DNA of 64,000 bases from Vicinamibacterales bacterium (GCA_963746535.1 CAVVBP010000007.1:880444-944443); one strand, 5' to 3'; positions 23,176 to 38,403 are shown, counted from the first letter of the stretch. Numbers and translations are program-made. Notes: generated from the letters alone by a model not told the origin.

Positions 23176-24474
23176 TTAGCGAAGATGGCGCGGCTGGCCC
23201 GTCGACGCCAGCACGCTGTTCCAGAGCAGTCCGTCCGGATCGATTGTCTTGCGCGCGGAGACCGCGAGCGAGATGGGGACGTGCGTGAACCGGTGGTTCC
23301 AGAAGCTGACGACCATGTTCGTCCGTCCGCTCATGCCGGCGTGCACGGCGTTCTGGCCGAGGAGCAGGCAGAAGGCCGAGTCGTGCGCGACGGCCGGTAC
23401 GCTCCTGATGGCATAGCTCGGATCGATGTACTTGAGGGTCACGTCGATCGCGCGCTCTTTGAAATGCCGGCTGATGGCGTCGCGCAGGAAGATGCCGATG
23501 TCGCCGTACTTCACGTTCCCGGACGCATCGCGCGCGTCGGTCTTCGCGAAGAGATCCTGCCCGGCTCCTTCGGCCGCCACGATCAGGGCGTGGCCTCGCC
23601 GCTCGAGTCGACGCTCCAACTCGGCGAGCAGCTTCTCGAGAGTGAAGGGGACCTCCGGAATCAGACAGAAGTTGACGTGGCTGTCTGCCAGCACGGAGTA
23701 CGCCGCGATATATCCAGAATCGCGACCCATCAGCTTGACCAGTCCGATCCCGTTGCGCGCGGATTCGGCTTCGGCATTCGCCGCGGAGGTCGCGCGCCGC
23801 GCTTCGCTGACCGCCGTTTCGAATCCGAAAGTCGTCTGTACAAACGACACGTCGTTGTCGATGGTCTTGGGAATACCGATCACTCCGAGCGTCAGGCCTT
23901 GCCGTGCGGCCTCTTCTCCGATTGTTTTCGCGCCGCGAAGGGTTCCGTCCCCGCCGATGGCGAACAGGATGCCGATGTTCAGCTCTTTCAGCGTCTGCAC
24001 CATCTCCGCGGGGTCCTGTGGCCCGCGCGAAGACCCCAGAAAGGATCCGCCCGACTCGTGAATGCGGTTGACCACCGCGGGTGCCAGTTCGAGGGGCGGG
24101 TGACCCAGCCTGCGCACGAGACCTTCGTAGCCGTATCGAAATCCGTAGATCTTCGTCACCCCGTAGTGGTGGTAGAGGCTCAGGACGGTCGATCGGATGA
24201 CGTCGTTCAAGCCGGGGCACAGCCCGCCACAGGTGACGATGCCGCAGGCCAGCGTCGAGGGGTCGAAGTACAGCGTCTCGCGGGGGCCGGCCGTTTCCAT
24301 TGCGGGTGGTTCGGCCCCCTTGTCGAGCCAGCCCTTCACCTCTTCGACGTTCACGTGATAGAGCACGCGCTCGCCGTCGCTGACGAACCGGCCCCCGGTC
24401 ATCGGGGATGCGCGGCGGCACGCTCCGAGGCGCTGTATCGAGAAATCGAGCTCGGTGCTGGGTTGATGTGTCAA
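23176..24474 (-). CDS. pfkA: 6-phosphofructokinase (PfkA superfamily)
   Basis: IVTCGGLCPGLN, GGSFLGSSRG, IGGDGT, GIPKTIDND, KLMGR, KYIDPSY. Confidence 0.92.
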   Translation of the reverse strand: MTHQPSTELDFSIQRLGACRRASPMTGGRFVSDGERVLYHVNVEEVKGWLDKGAEPPAMETAGPRETLYFDPSTLACGIVTCGGLCPGLNDVIRSTVLSLYHHYGVTKIYGFRYGYEGLVRRLGHPPLELAPAVVNRIHESGGSFLGSSRGPQDPAEMVQTLKELNIGILFAIGGDGTLRGAKTIGEEAARQGLTLGVIGIPKTIDNDVSFVQTTFGFETAVSEARRATSAANAEAESARNGIGLVKLMGRDSGYIAAYSVLADSHVNFCLIPEVPFTLEKLLAELERRLERRGHALIVAAEGAGQDLFAKTDARDASGNVKYGDIGIFLRDAISRHFKERAIDVTLKYIDPSYAIRSVPAVAHDSAFCLLLGQNAVHAGMSGRTNMVVSFWNHRFTHVPISLAVSARKTIDPDGLLWNSVLASTGQPRHLR

Positions 24475-24617
24475 CGGTCTGCTCCCGGTTGGTCTTCGCG
24501 CGGAGGATCTCCGAAATACCGGACACCCGCGAGTCCCCGCAACGCGCCCGAGCGCGCTCCTGCAAAGACCCTGCTGAGTCTAAACCGTGGTATCGCCCTT
24601 GCGTGAAAAATGACACC

Positions 24618-27083
24618 ATGCCTGACTCCAGTACGTCGAAACGCCTTGGCGACGATCGCGTGAAGCTACACGGCAGCGACAGCGCCCTGTACGAACGGCA
24701 CCTGATGTTCGATCACGTGACGCCCGTTGACCAGGCGACGTCCCGGGACAAGTTCGAAGCCATTGCACGCTCGGTCCGCGACCTGCTGTCGCATCAGTGG
24801 CTCAGGACCGACGCGACCTACACCAGGCGGAACGTCAAACGGGTCTACTACGTCTCGCTCGAGTTCCTCATGGGCCGCGCCCTCGCCAACAACGTCACGA
24901 ACCTGAGGTTCGACCCGATGTGGAAGACGTTCTGCGAGAAGCACAAGCTCGATCCCCTCGACATCGTCGACCAGGAGCCCGACGCGGGTCTCGGCAATGG
25001 CGGGCTGGGCCGCCTGGCGGCGTGCTTCCTCGATTCGATGGCGACGCTGGGCATTCCGGGAATGGGTTCGGGGCTGCGCTACGAGTACGGGATTTTCAAG
25101 CAATCGGTCGAGCAGGGCTGGCAGCGCGAAAGCGCCGATCACTGGCTGGCGCGCCCCGACCCGTGGGAAGTGGCGAGACCCAACGAAGCGGTCGAGGTGC
25201 ACCTCGCATGCTCGTTCGATATTCACTCCGGGGCGCTGCGCGTGGTGCGGAACAGCCCGTCGACCCTCATAGGCATTCCATACGACCGGCCGGTAGTCGG
25301 ATACGGCGGAAAAACGGTGAACACGCTGCGCCTCTGGGCGGCGTCCACGCACGAGTACTTCGACTTCCAGCAGTTCAGCAGCGGCGACTTCGTCGGGGCG
25401 CTGGCCGAGACGCTCACGGCCGAAACGCTGACGCGCGTGCTGTACCCGGACGACTCGACGACGGAAGGAAAGGGACTGCGTTTCCTCCAGCAATACTTCC
25501 TGGTTGCCTGCACGCTGGCCGACGCGATCCGCCGCTTCCGGGCGGCTGGCAACGCATGGTCCGCGCTGCCAGATAAGGTGGCGATCCAGATGAACGACAC
25601 GCATCCCACGCTTGCGGTGCCCGAGCTGATGCGCATTCTGCTCGACGAGGCGAGGCTGGAGTGGGACGAGGCCTGGGATCTGACGACGCGCACGCTCGGC
25701 TATACGAATCACACGCTGCTGCCCGAAGCGCTCGAGAAGTGGCCCCAGCCGTGGTTCGAGATGCTCCTGCCTCGGCAACTCGAAATCATCTACGAGATCA
25801 ACCGCCGTTTCCTGGACGTCGTGCGGTCGCGGTTCCCTGACGACCCCGCACGTATCGAACGCGTGAGTCTCATCGAGGAGGGCACGCCCCCAAAAATCCG
25901 CATGGCGCATCTCGCCATCGTCGGGTCGCACAGCACCAACGGCGTGGCCGCCATACACTCGGAACTGCTCACGCGCACGGTGGTCCCCGACTTCGCCGCG
26001 CTGTTTCCCGAGCGGTTCAACAACAAGACCAACGGCGTCACACAGCGGCGGTTCCTGCTCCTGGCCAACCCCGCGCTGGCGTCAGTCGTCACCGACGCCA
26101 TCGGCGATGGCTGGATCGTCGATCTCGGCAAGCTGGAGACCCTCAAGCCGCTGGCCGACGATGCGTCGTTTCGCGCCGCGGTGGGGCACGCCAAGCGCCA
26201 GGCCAAGGCAGGCTTCATCAGGTGGCTCGAGATCGCGACCGGCCAGAAGGTCGATCCCGATTCCATCTTCGACAGCCAGATCAAGCGTATCCACGAATAC
26301 AAGCGCCAGCTCCTGAACGCCCTCCATATCGTCGTGCTCTGCCACCGCCTGCGGGAGAATCCGTCGCTGGTCATGCCGCGGCGCACGTTCTTCTTCGCCG
26401 GCAAGGCCGCGCCCGCGTATCACTTCGCCAAGCTGATCATCAAGTTCATCAACAACCTGGCGGCGACGATCGACGGCGATCCGCTGTTGAACAGGACGCT
26501 CAAAGTCGTGTTCATTCCCGACTACAACGTGTCGGTGGCCGAACGGCTCATTCCCGCCAGCGATGTCTCCGAGCAGATCTCGACGGCCGGCTACGAGGCG
26601 AGCGGGACGAGCAACATGAAGTTCATGATGAACGGGGCGCTGACGATCGGGACGCGCGACGGCGCGACCATCGAAATGGCCCAGGCCGCGGGCGAAGAGA
26701 ATTTCTTTCTGTTCGGTCTCACCGCCGAGCAGGTGCTCGCTACTCGAGGCTTCTACGATCCGCAGTGGCACTACGACCACGATTCCGAGACGCGCGCGGC
26801 CATCGACCTTATTGCGAGCAACTTCTTCAGCAGAAGCGAGCCAGGGGTCTTCGAACCGATCCTCGACGTGCTCGTCCGCCACGGCGATCATTACCTGCAC
26901 CTCGCAGACCTCCAGAGTTACAGCGACGCGCACGCACGCGTCGCGGCTGTCTATGCAGTGCAGGATGAATGGCAGAGGAAGGCGATCATCAACATCGCCT
27001 CGTCGGGACGCTTTTCGAGCGACCGAACCATCGCGGACTACGCCGCCGATATCTGGGGCGTCACGCCGTGCGCTGTGGACTGA
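24618..27083 (+). CDS. glgP: Glycogen/starch phosphorylase (GT35)
   Basis: GLGNGGLGRLAACFLDS, KRIHEYKRQLLN, PLP lysine motif EASGTSNMKF; start set at MPDSS. Confidence 0.95.
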   Translation: MPDSSTSKRLGDDRVKLHGSDSALYERHLMFDHVTPVDQATSRDKFEAIARSVRDLLSHQWLRTDATYTRRNVKRVYYVSLEFLMGRALANNVTNLRFDPMWKTFCEKHKLDPLDIVDQEPDAGLGNGGLGRLAACFLDSMATLGIPGMGSGLRYEYGIFKQSVEQGWQRESADHWLARPDPWEVARPNEAVEVHLACSFDIHSGALRVVRNSPSTLIGIPYDRPVVGYGGKTVNTLRLWAASTHEYFDFQQFSSGDFVGALAETLTAETLTRVLYPDDSTTEGKGLRFLQQYFLVACTLADAIRRFRAAGNAWSALPDKVAIQMNDTHPTLAVPELMRILLDEARLEWDEAWDLTTRTLGYTNHTLLPEALEKWPQPWFEMLLPRQLEIIYEINRRFLDVVRSRFPDDPARIERVSLIEEGTPPKIRMAHLAIVGSHSTNGVAAIHSELLTRTVVPDFAALFPERFNNKTNGVTQRRFLLLANPALASVVTDAIGDGWIVDLGKLETLKPLADDASFRAAVGHAKRQAKAGFIRWLEIATGQKVDPDSIFDSQIKRIHEYKRQLLNALHIVVLCHRLRENPSLVMPRRTFFFAGKAAPAYHFAKLIIKFINNLAATIDGDPLLNRTLKVVFIPDYNVSVAERLIPASDVSEQISTAGYEASGTSNMKFMMNGALTIGTRDGATIEMAQAAGEENFFLFGLTAEQVLATRGFYDPQWHYDHDSETRAAIDLIASNFFSRSEPGVFEPILDVLVRHGDHYLHLADLQSYSDAHARVAAVYAVQDEWQRKAIINIASSGRFSSDRTIADYAADIWGVTPCAVD

Positions 27084-27147
27084 TTCACAGAAGATCGGAA
27101 GATCAGAAGAAATGTTTTAGAGAGCAGTTTTGGATTCCCTGTAGTAC

Positions 27148-27170
27148 GTAGTGTCCGGCTTCAGCCGGAC
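27148..27170. repeat. GTAG-tagged REP-like palindrome
   Basis: GTAGT-GTCCGGCTTCAGCCGGAC. Confidence 0.8.
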
Positions 27171-27193
27171 CGGACAAGGTGGTCGTCCCCCGC

Positions 27194-27404
27194 GGCAGCT
27201 GGATTGGCAGGGCCGCCGCGCGCAGCCGAAGCTCCGGGGCCGGACGCGCGCTCCGAGGCCCGACGAGGGCCGTCCGACGCGAGGTCCCAGTCCTCGCTCG
27301 GTCAACCTCGCTCGATGCCCAGAGGCGTCTCGCGCGGTCAGGCGTCACGGGGGATCGGCCGCCTGCACACGGCTTCGCGCCGCAGCCCTGCCAATCCAAC
27401 TGCC
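27194..27404. repeat. Structured ~200-nt dispersed element, copy 2
   Basis: Outer arms 27194-27213 and 27385-27404 pair at 19/20; shared core with copies 1 and 3. Confidence 0.85.
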
Positions 27405-27496
27405 GCCGCGACGCTACACGAAAATCGAAACCGCTCTCTAGATCTTTTGTCTTCTGATCTTTTGATCTTCTGTTATGTCGTAGGAACCAGCAGGCC

Positions 27497-28851
27497 TCAC
27501 TCGAGCTGCTTGTGACAGTATTCGCAGTCGGCGCTGATGGTCGATCCGTCCTTGGCGGCGTGCGAGTCGTCGTGGCACCGGAAGCAGCCGTTTGACGTGA
27601 CGTGCCCCTTCTGGTCGGGATAAAAACCCCACGTGACGTTCATCGTCGGGAACACGTTGCGGCGATACACGTCCTGGAAGGCCCTGACCGCGCGCCTCAG
27701 CTCCTCGTCGCTCGAGCCGGCCTGCTTCTGATAGAACGCGCGCAGACCTTCATCGATCGCCTGGTCGGCCGCCTCCTGGCTGGGATAGGACGCCTTGACC
27801 AGCCGTACACCTTCGCGCCGCGCGAACGGAAGCGTGCGGCTCACCTGTCCGGCCGCGATGGCGTTGTCGACGGCTCTCTCGGGTGTCGCCGAGATCGGAT
27901 GGCCCACCGTGTTGTGACAGTCGATGCAATCCATCACCCGGCGCTCGCCCGCGCTGATCGTCTGCTCGGACGTATCAGGGGCGACGTATTCCTTCACGTT
28001 GCCCGCGGCGTCGGTGACTTTGACGTACGGAATGGTCTCGTGACGTGGGTCCGTTGCGACATACTCGATACGAACGGCAGGGCTTGCATGCCAGTGGATC
28101 GCGCGCGTCGAGGTCGTGGAGCCCGGGTTCACGTGCAGCTGCAGCACCGTGGCGGTCTCTGCGTTCGCTTCGTCGTCGGCATATTCGCGAATCACGCGCA
28201 GCCGATCGCCGGTCCGGCGACCCGGCTGGTGGCAGCCGGTGCAGGTCATCGCCTGTGCACCGGGACCCATCTGAGCCCCCGGTGGAACTGGCCGTGGATA
28301 GGTATTGGTTGCCACGTGCGCGAGCTGTCGCACGCCCGAGAGCTTGGCGTGAAGGAACCCCACGGCGCCCTCGCCAATATGACACTCGACGCAGGGGATT
28401 CGCGCGTGCGCCGACGCGCTGCCAGGCCGTGTGCTGCGCCTGCATCGGCGTGTGGCATACCTGTCCGCAGAAGGTCGGCGATTCCATCCAGTGCAGGCTG
28501 CCGTACCCCGCGAGAAGGATGATGACGACGTTGACGGCAGTGAGCGCGGTGATGACGAGCGCCGTCCGGCGAACGCTGGTGCGCCGGAAATCGAGAACGG
28601 GCCAGTCGATGACGGCTTCAGGGTGGCGCGCCAGCTCGCGTCGCCGGAGCCGCACACCCACCGGGATGAGGAGCAGTCCCAGCAGGAAAACCGTCGGGAG
28701 GCCGACGAAGACGACGAGACCTGCGTAGGGATTCGCGAGCATCCCCGCCAGCAGCGCGATCAGCAGCGCGATGAAGACCACGGCCGAGGCCGTGGTCACC
28801 AGCACGCCGACGATCGCAACTGGATGCGGAAAGCGCTTCTCGCCGCGTCAT
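27497..28851 (-). CDS. Membrane-anchored multiheme cytochrome c, NapC/NirT-like N-terminus, 6 heme motifs; 2 frameshifts
   Basis: Three hydrophobic segments; MESPTFCGQVCH, CVECH, CTGCH, CIDCH, CFRCH, CEYCH; joined from ORFs 27975..28805 and 27497..28657. Confidence 0.85.
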
Positions 28852-28860
28852 GACCGCCGC

Positions 28861-29227
28861 TTACTTGAGGCTCTGCATGTAGGCGACGAGCGCGTCGATG
28901 TCTGCCGCGGGCAGCGAGCCGTACTTGTTCGGCATCGGCGGCTTCTTCGTTGATTTCGCCTTCGCGGCCGCCTCGGTCGGGTGGGTGATCCACTCGCGTG
29001 ATCTCTGCCGCCGACAGTTTGGCGGCGACGCCGTCGAGCGGGTTCGCCTTGCTACCCTTGCCCGCGATGGCATGGCAGATCGAGCACTTCTGAGCGTTGT
29101 AGACCTCTTGTCCCTTTTTGGCGGCGGCGGCATCTTGAGCGGCGGCCGGCGGCGCCGCCGCCAGCCAGACCCCTAGGGTCAACGCCGCTGCAACAAGAAC
29201 GGGTGTCGTTGTAAGCCTGCTCAGCAT
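28861..29227 (-). CDS. Small periplasmic monoheme cytochrome c; 1 frameshift
   Basis: Signal peptide, GQEVYNAQKCSICH; C-terminal KPPMPNKYGSLPAADIDALVAYMQSLK in the adjacent frame. Confidence 0.85.
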
Positions 29228-29252
29228 GAAACCTCCAGGAAATGAGCGAACG

Positions 29253-31456
29253 CTACCACAGGTACCTCAGACCGAACACAAATGAGTTTGCGGTGTACGG
29301 GCGGTAGACGTACCCCAGCACCAGCGAGCTGGGCTGGACGATGCCGTTGACGACCGATGGATCGAACGCGAAGTCGTACACCTGGAACGGTTCGTACATG
29401 TACGAAAAGGTCGCGGCCAGCTGGTTGGTCAGCCTGTGCCGTACGTCGAGGTGCAGCTGCTGCAGCTTGTTGTACACCTTCGGAAGCTGCTGCGGCGTCG
29501 GCAGCGGGCCCACCGGGCACGATCGCATACAGGTACTCGCCCTCCGCATAGCTGAAGTCGTACGACACCCGCGCCTCGGTGTTCTCGCCGAATCTTCGGC
29601 GGCGTCGCGTAGATCGAGAAATAGTCGACGCGTTCGGCCGAGTCGGTGGTCCAGTCGCGCAGGGGATCGTTTTCCTGTCCCGGGCTCGCGGACCGCGATT
29701 GCTGCAGCCCGGCGTAGCGCTCGAAGTTGTAGCTGCCGCCTCCGCCGAAGCCGTTCGGATTCCGGTAATCGGCCGCGACCGAGAACAGGTTGACCGTCGA
29801 TTGCTGGAGCCCGAAATAGCTGTCGTCGTATTTGTCTTTCCCGACGCCGCCCGAGACGCTGAACATCCACAGGTCATTGGGCACGAGATCGACCTGTCCG
29901 GTGAATCGATTCCGGGTCCGGTTGGCGAGGTCGTAGTGCCGCATGTCCGGCTGCTCGCCGATTTGAATGAGAATCTCCTCGTCCAGGCCGGAACCGCGTG
30001 CGGCTTCCGTACTCGTAATTCGCACGGAACGTGACCCACTGCAATGCCGATGGCGTCGGCCGTGGCGCGAAACACATCTTCATCACTGTTGTCGAAGATG
30101 CGGTGGTCGTAGCCGTTGCTGTTGCAAGGTATAGCCGACCGTCAGCGCGAGCGGCTGAATCCCGCTGCAGGTCGCATCGGCATCGAACGTCAATCGATCG
30201 TGCGCGTAAAGCTCCGGCCCCCCGGTTGGGGACGTCGTGACCGAGGTGTCGTAGTTGATGAACTGCGGGATGGCCGCCGCGCGGCTCTCGTTGTTGTAGT
30301 TGTAGGTCCGGATCCGCGAGCTGAGTCGCCAGTCGGTCTTTGGACGCGACACGAGATTCAGGTTCATCGAGAAGACGTGCGCCTCGGCTTCTGACATCGG
30401 TTCGCGGCAGCGCCAGTTGCGGCAACGTGGCGTTGATGGTGAACGGCTGCAGCGGCTGTGTCGTTGCTCCAGACGCCGTAGGACAAGAAGCCCGGTGAAC
30501 TGGGTCTGGTGCGCGAGCTTCGTGTAGCCCGCCAGCGCTGACGGTCTGCGCCGAGTTCGACGGCCACAGCGCCATGCGCCCGCGGCCTGGCGCGGTCGTC
30601 GCGTCGTCGAGCCGCAGCGGGCTGTCCCAGACGAGCGTGTCCGCCGAGGTTGTTGAACCACGAGCCGTTGTAGGCGACGCGCAGCATGCTCCGGCTGCTC
30701 GGTCCACTCGGTGCCGAGCGTGAAGTCGTTCGTCCGCGACTCGTACGGCAGGGCGACCTCGACGTCGTTGCCGAATCCGAAACTGGCGCCCCACGGCAGC
30801 TCGCCGCCGTGCTTTGTCGTGGTGAACGCGGCCTTCACGTCGAGATACGGCGTCGGCGTAGCCGACACGTTCATCCTGCCGATGTCGCGGCGCTCGCGCA
30901 GGTCGAACTGTGTCGCCAGCGGCACCCACGCCGAGAGCGTGGCCTGGCCGTTCTGAATCTGCCGTTGCGTGGTGTCGTCGAGCAGCAGCGGGCTCTCGGT
31001 ACTCGTGTACGGCGTCTTCGTATCGACGCTGTAGAACTGCGGGATCTGATCCCACAGGCCGGAGAAGTTGAAGCGGCCCGGCGCTCGTAGGTCGCGGCGA
31101 AGCGCTGATCGCGCCAGCCCGACGTTGTCGGCGGCGGCGCGAAACAGCCAGAGCCCGCCGGGATCCTCTCGCGCGTAGCGCGCACCGGTAAAGAGCGGGC
31201 CGCTCCGCAGATCCTGGTAGCGCTGATACCTTGCCGGATCCCCCGACATGTGACTGAAACGGCCGCCGAGCAGAAGCTGCTTCGGCGCCTCGTCGAACAG
31301 GCTGGTGGTCGCCTCGACGCCCGGGGCCGCCGCCGGCGCCGCCTGCGCGGCAGGCTTCGGCGATGCCTGCGCGGGCGTCAGCACCTGGGCCCTTGCCGCT
31401 GCCGGCACGCCGATCACGAGCACGGAGACGATAGGGACAAAATGCAGATGTCTCAT
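29253..31456 (-). CDS. mtrB: MtrB/PioB-family decaheme-associated outer-membrane beta-barrel; multiple frameshifts
   Basis: Signal peptide; ARYQRYQDLRSG, YDQIP-like WDQIPQFY, HYDLANRTRNR, C-terminal YTANSFVFGLRYLW; directly follows the decaheme gene. Confidence 0.8.
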
Positions 31457-31468
31457 ATGTCGTCTCCG

Positions 31469-32446
31469 TTACCGCATGAAGAACTGTCCGGACGGGTGGT
31501 TCGACCCGTGGATGTTTGAATGGCAGTTCACGCACGACCGTCCGAACATCCGGTTGCTCTTGTTCACCGTGATGGCGCGTTGTCGTAGATGGTCGACGGG
31601 TGCCTCGTGGCGATGTGGCATCGCTGGCAGAGCATCGGCATGCGCACGACCAGCATCCGATCGTTCGACGAGCCGTGCGGATCGTGGCACGTCGTGCAGT
31701 TTTCCTTCACCGGCGCGTGCTCCCACAGCATCGGCCCGCGCATCTCGGTATGGCAGCTCATGCAGGTCTCGCGAAATCGAGCTGCCCGACCTTCAGGTTC
31801 TTGACGTTGCTGATCGACCCGTGCGGGTTGTGGCACGACGAGCAGCTCATCTTGCCTTCGCGCACGGGCATGTGCGCGACCGCGCGCTCGGTCTTGGTGA
31901 CCTGCAGCGCGGTGACACGTCGCGCACAACTGCCGTCTCGGTCGCCTTCACGAGCTGGTGCTCCAGCGACTTCGGACTGTGGACGCTGTGGCAGGTCGTG
32001 CAGGAGAGATTCCGCCGATCGTGCGCGCTGCCTTCCCAGGCCGCGTGGTCGCCGCGGTTGTGGCACGTCAGGCATGTCTGGTTGATCTCGGCCGGCTTGA
32101 TCTGCGCGAACTTCCGTATGTGTCCTTTGGCGTCGTCGTCCACGTGCGCCTGGCCGGGCCCGTGACAGCTCTCGCAGCCTTGCGTGGCGGCGGGCGAGCG
32201 CGGGTTCTTCGCCTGGGCGTGCTTGGTGCCCTTGAGCGTCGCCTCCTGGTCGGAGTGACACGTGGTGCACGTATCGCTTCCGACATACGCCGTCGCTGGT
32301 GCTTGTGCGGGCGCAGGTGCCGGGGCTTGCGCCTTCGCAGCGGCCGGCGAGTCAGCTCCGCGGGCCGGCGGAATCGCCCCCGCCACCCGCACCGTAATCG
32401 CGACGGCTAGAAGACACGTGGCCGCTAGCCACAGACGATGTTGCAT
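31469..32446 (-). CDS. mtrA: MtrA/PioA/DmsE-family decaheme c-type cytochrome; about 3 frameshifts
   Basis: Ten CxxCH after joining frames (CTTCH, CESCH, CLTCH, CTTCH, CATCH, CSSCH, CMSCH, CTTCH, CQRCH, CVNCH); family C-terminus [14 protein letters not shown]; AYVGSDTC start of mature domain. Confidence 0.88.
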
Positions 32447-32468
32447 GACGGTCCTCTCGTTGAAGTTG

Positions 32469-33451
32469 TCATCTCAGCGCCATCCGGAAATTCGCGCGCT
32501 CGTACGCGGCGGGATCGGGAATCCTCTCGAAGCTCATGTTGCCGCGCATCTCGTTGAGCGAGTTCCATTCGTGCTCCTGCATCCACGCCTCGACCTCGCG
32601 CGCGGACCGTGCGCAGATGATCCGGGCCGTGGCGGAGCAGCGCCGAGACCATCTGCGTGGCGTGCGCGCCGGCCATCGTGGCCTTGATGACGTCGAGGCC
32701 GGTGTGGACGCCGCCGGTGATGGCGAGCGACGCCTTGACGCGCCCGGCCAGCGCCGCCGTGCCGCGCAGGCGCAGCGGCAGCTCCGAGGAATCCGACAGC
32801 GGCAGCGTGCGAACGACCTCGAGCTCTCGACGTCGATGTCGATGCGATGGAAGCGCGTGAAGAGGACGAGCGCCGTCGGCGCCGGCCGTGTCGAGCTGCT
32901 TGGCGAAGTGCGCGAAGGCGGTGAGGAGCGGCGCCAGCTTGACGGCCACCGGGATGCGGACGGCTGCGCTTCACCTCGCGCACGATCTCGATGGCCTGCC
33001 GCTCGACGTCGGCCGCGCTCGATCGTCATGTCGCTGGCGGCGTGATAGAGGTGCAGCTCGAGCGCCGTCGGCGCCGGCTTCCTCGAGCAGCTTGGCGTAG
33101 CGAGATCCAGCCGCCGGGCGTCACGCCGTTGAGCGACGCCATCACCGGAATGCGGACCGCGCTGCTTGACCCGGCGCAGATGCTCGAGGTACTCGTCGGG
33201 CCCGAGCGCCATCGTCGGCTCGGGCGCGAAGCTGCCGGCCTCGGCGAACGATTCGCTGTGGCTCTCGACGTTGAAGAACGCGTCCATCTGCTCGCCGGTG
33301 ATTTCCTCTTCGTAGAGCGAGCGCAGCACCAGCATGGCGGCGCCGGCGTCTTCGAGCGCCTTGACCGTGTCGAGATCGTCGCCGAGCGGCCCCGCGCCGA
33401 CGATCAGCGGATGGGGCAGGCGCATCCCGAGATACGTGGTGCTGAGGTCCA

Positions 33452-33455
<4 letters not shown>
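32469..33455 (-). CDS. Dihydroorotate dehydrogenase-like flavoprotein of the type found next to PFOR; frameshifted
   Basis: MDLSTTYLGMRLPHPLIVGA, GAAMLVLRSLYEEEI, LAITGGVH, MRGNMS...DPAAYERANF; ATG overlaps the PFOR stop. Confidence 0.85.
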
Positions 33456-37087
<3,632 letters not shown>

Positions 37088-37169
37088 GTTCGGTTCCTCA
37101 ACCTTTCGTAAGACCTCCGAGACACCGGAGATCATCCGGAATGCCAGAGGGCTACTAGCCGTCCGGGAT

Positions 37170-37529
37170 TCAGGCAGATAGCCAGGCGCGCGCCTGAACC
37201 AGACCGGTCTCCGGGAAAAATTCCACGGGTCCCTTCCGAAGATCCGCGGCCGCAAACATCAACGCCAGGTCGCGCCATTGCTCCTGGCCGACGATCGCGA
37301 TTCGCGCGATTGCGTCCCCGTACTGCACGTAGAACGCGAGATTGTTCCAGTCTTCGGTCGGCTCCCACCCCTGGAACTCTTTCAACACACACAGCAGCTT
37401 GATCGAGCCCACGCGCTGGAGCTCGGTCGCCAAAGCGGACTCGCATTGGCGCCAGTCCGCTTTCATCAGTTGACCGCTGATGTCCAGCCGATAGGTGTTG
37501 TCGCTTTCGTGATGCAATGCGATTGGCAT
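37170..37529 (-). CDS. STAS/SEC14 (SpoIIAA-like) domain protein
   Basis: IKLLCVLKEFQGWE, IARIAIVG...W, VEFF; about 119 aa. Confidence 0.8.
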   Translation of the reverse strand: MPIALHHESDNTYRLDISGQLMKADWRQCESALATELQRVGSIKLLCVLKEFQGWEPTEDWNNLAFYVQYGDAIARIAIVGQEQWRDLALMFAAADLRKGPVEFFPETGLVQARAWLSA

Positions 37530-37812
37530 GCAGGCCTGCCGGCGCGTCAAAGCAGGGACCGTGCCGAACGCGCGGCCGTCGTCAATCTGCGTGAAGGAGG
37601 GTTTTTTCAGCGTTTCGGGCGGGGAACGTGCCCATCAAGAAGCGCTGGAACGCTGTCGATTCCGGCCATCTCCGAAATATCGGATGACTACGGTCGGCGC
37701 TCATGTTGGCGATTAATGCGGGCGCGCGGTCGAATCGACGTTGAAAAGATGCCGAAGTCACGAAATACTGTGATGGCATCACCGAAAACGCGGGGCGACC
37801 CAAGGACACATC

Positions 37813-38394
37813 ATGCTGAAGACGCAACCGAAAGTCAGTGCCTGGCTGGCGGCGACCGCCGTCGCCCTGGCCGTTCAGACCGCGCTCGCGGTCGACGTCA
37901 AAGTCGGCTTCGACAAGGCCTTCAACTTCAAGGCAGTGCGCACGTGGGGTTGGAAGCCGGACGGCCCGGGCAAGGTCATCATGGCCCGCACGCCCGACGA
38001 TGACCCGGAAGCCATGCAGAAGCGGGTCGACCCGGTGCTGATGAGCGAGGTCGAGGCCCAGATGACGCAGCGGGGGCTGAAAGCCGCAACGAGCGCTCCC
38101 GACGTCTTCGTCACGTATTTTCTGCTGCTCTCGACCGGCAGCTCTGCGCAGACGATCGGGCAGTTTCTGCCGGGATCCTCCGTGTGGGGGCTCCCGCCGT
38201 TTCTGGCGTCCACGCAATCGCTTGAGATGATGAACCAGGGATCGCTCGTCATCGATCTCAGCGCGAACGACGCGGTGGTCTGGCGGGGGTATGCCCAGGC
38301 CAACATCAAGATCGGCATCGACATCAAGAAGCGTGAGGCGCTGCTGCGCGAAGGCGTGCGGGATCTGCTGAAGCGCTACCCCCCGAAATCATGA
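37813..38394 (+). CDS. Secreted DUF4136-like protein
   Basis: Signal peptide; VDVKVGFDKAFNFKAVRTWGW; GSLVIDL...VVWRG. Confidence 0.75.
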   Translation: MLKTQPKVSAWLAATAVALAVQTALAVDVKVGFDKAFNFKAVRTWGWKPDGPGKVIMARTPDDDPEAMQKRVDPVLMSEVEAQMTQRGLKAATSAPDVFVTYFLLLSTGSSAQTIGQFLPGSSVWGLPPFLASTQSLEMMNQGSLVIDLSANDAVVWRGYAQANIKIGIDIKKREALLREGVRDLLKRYPPKS

Positions 38395-38403
38395 TCCGTG
38401 GCT

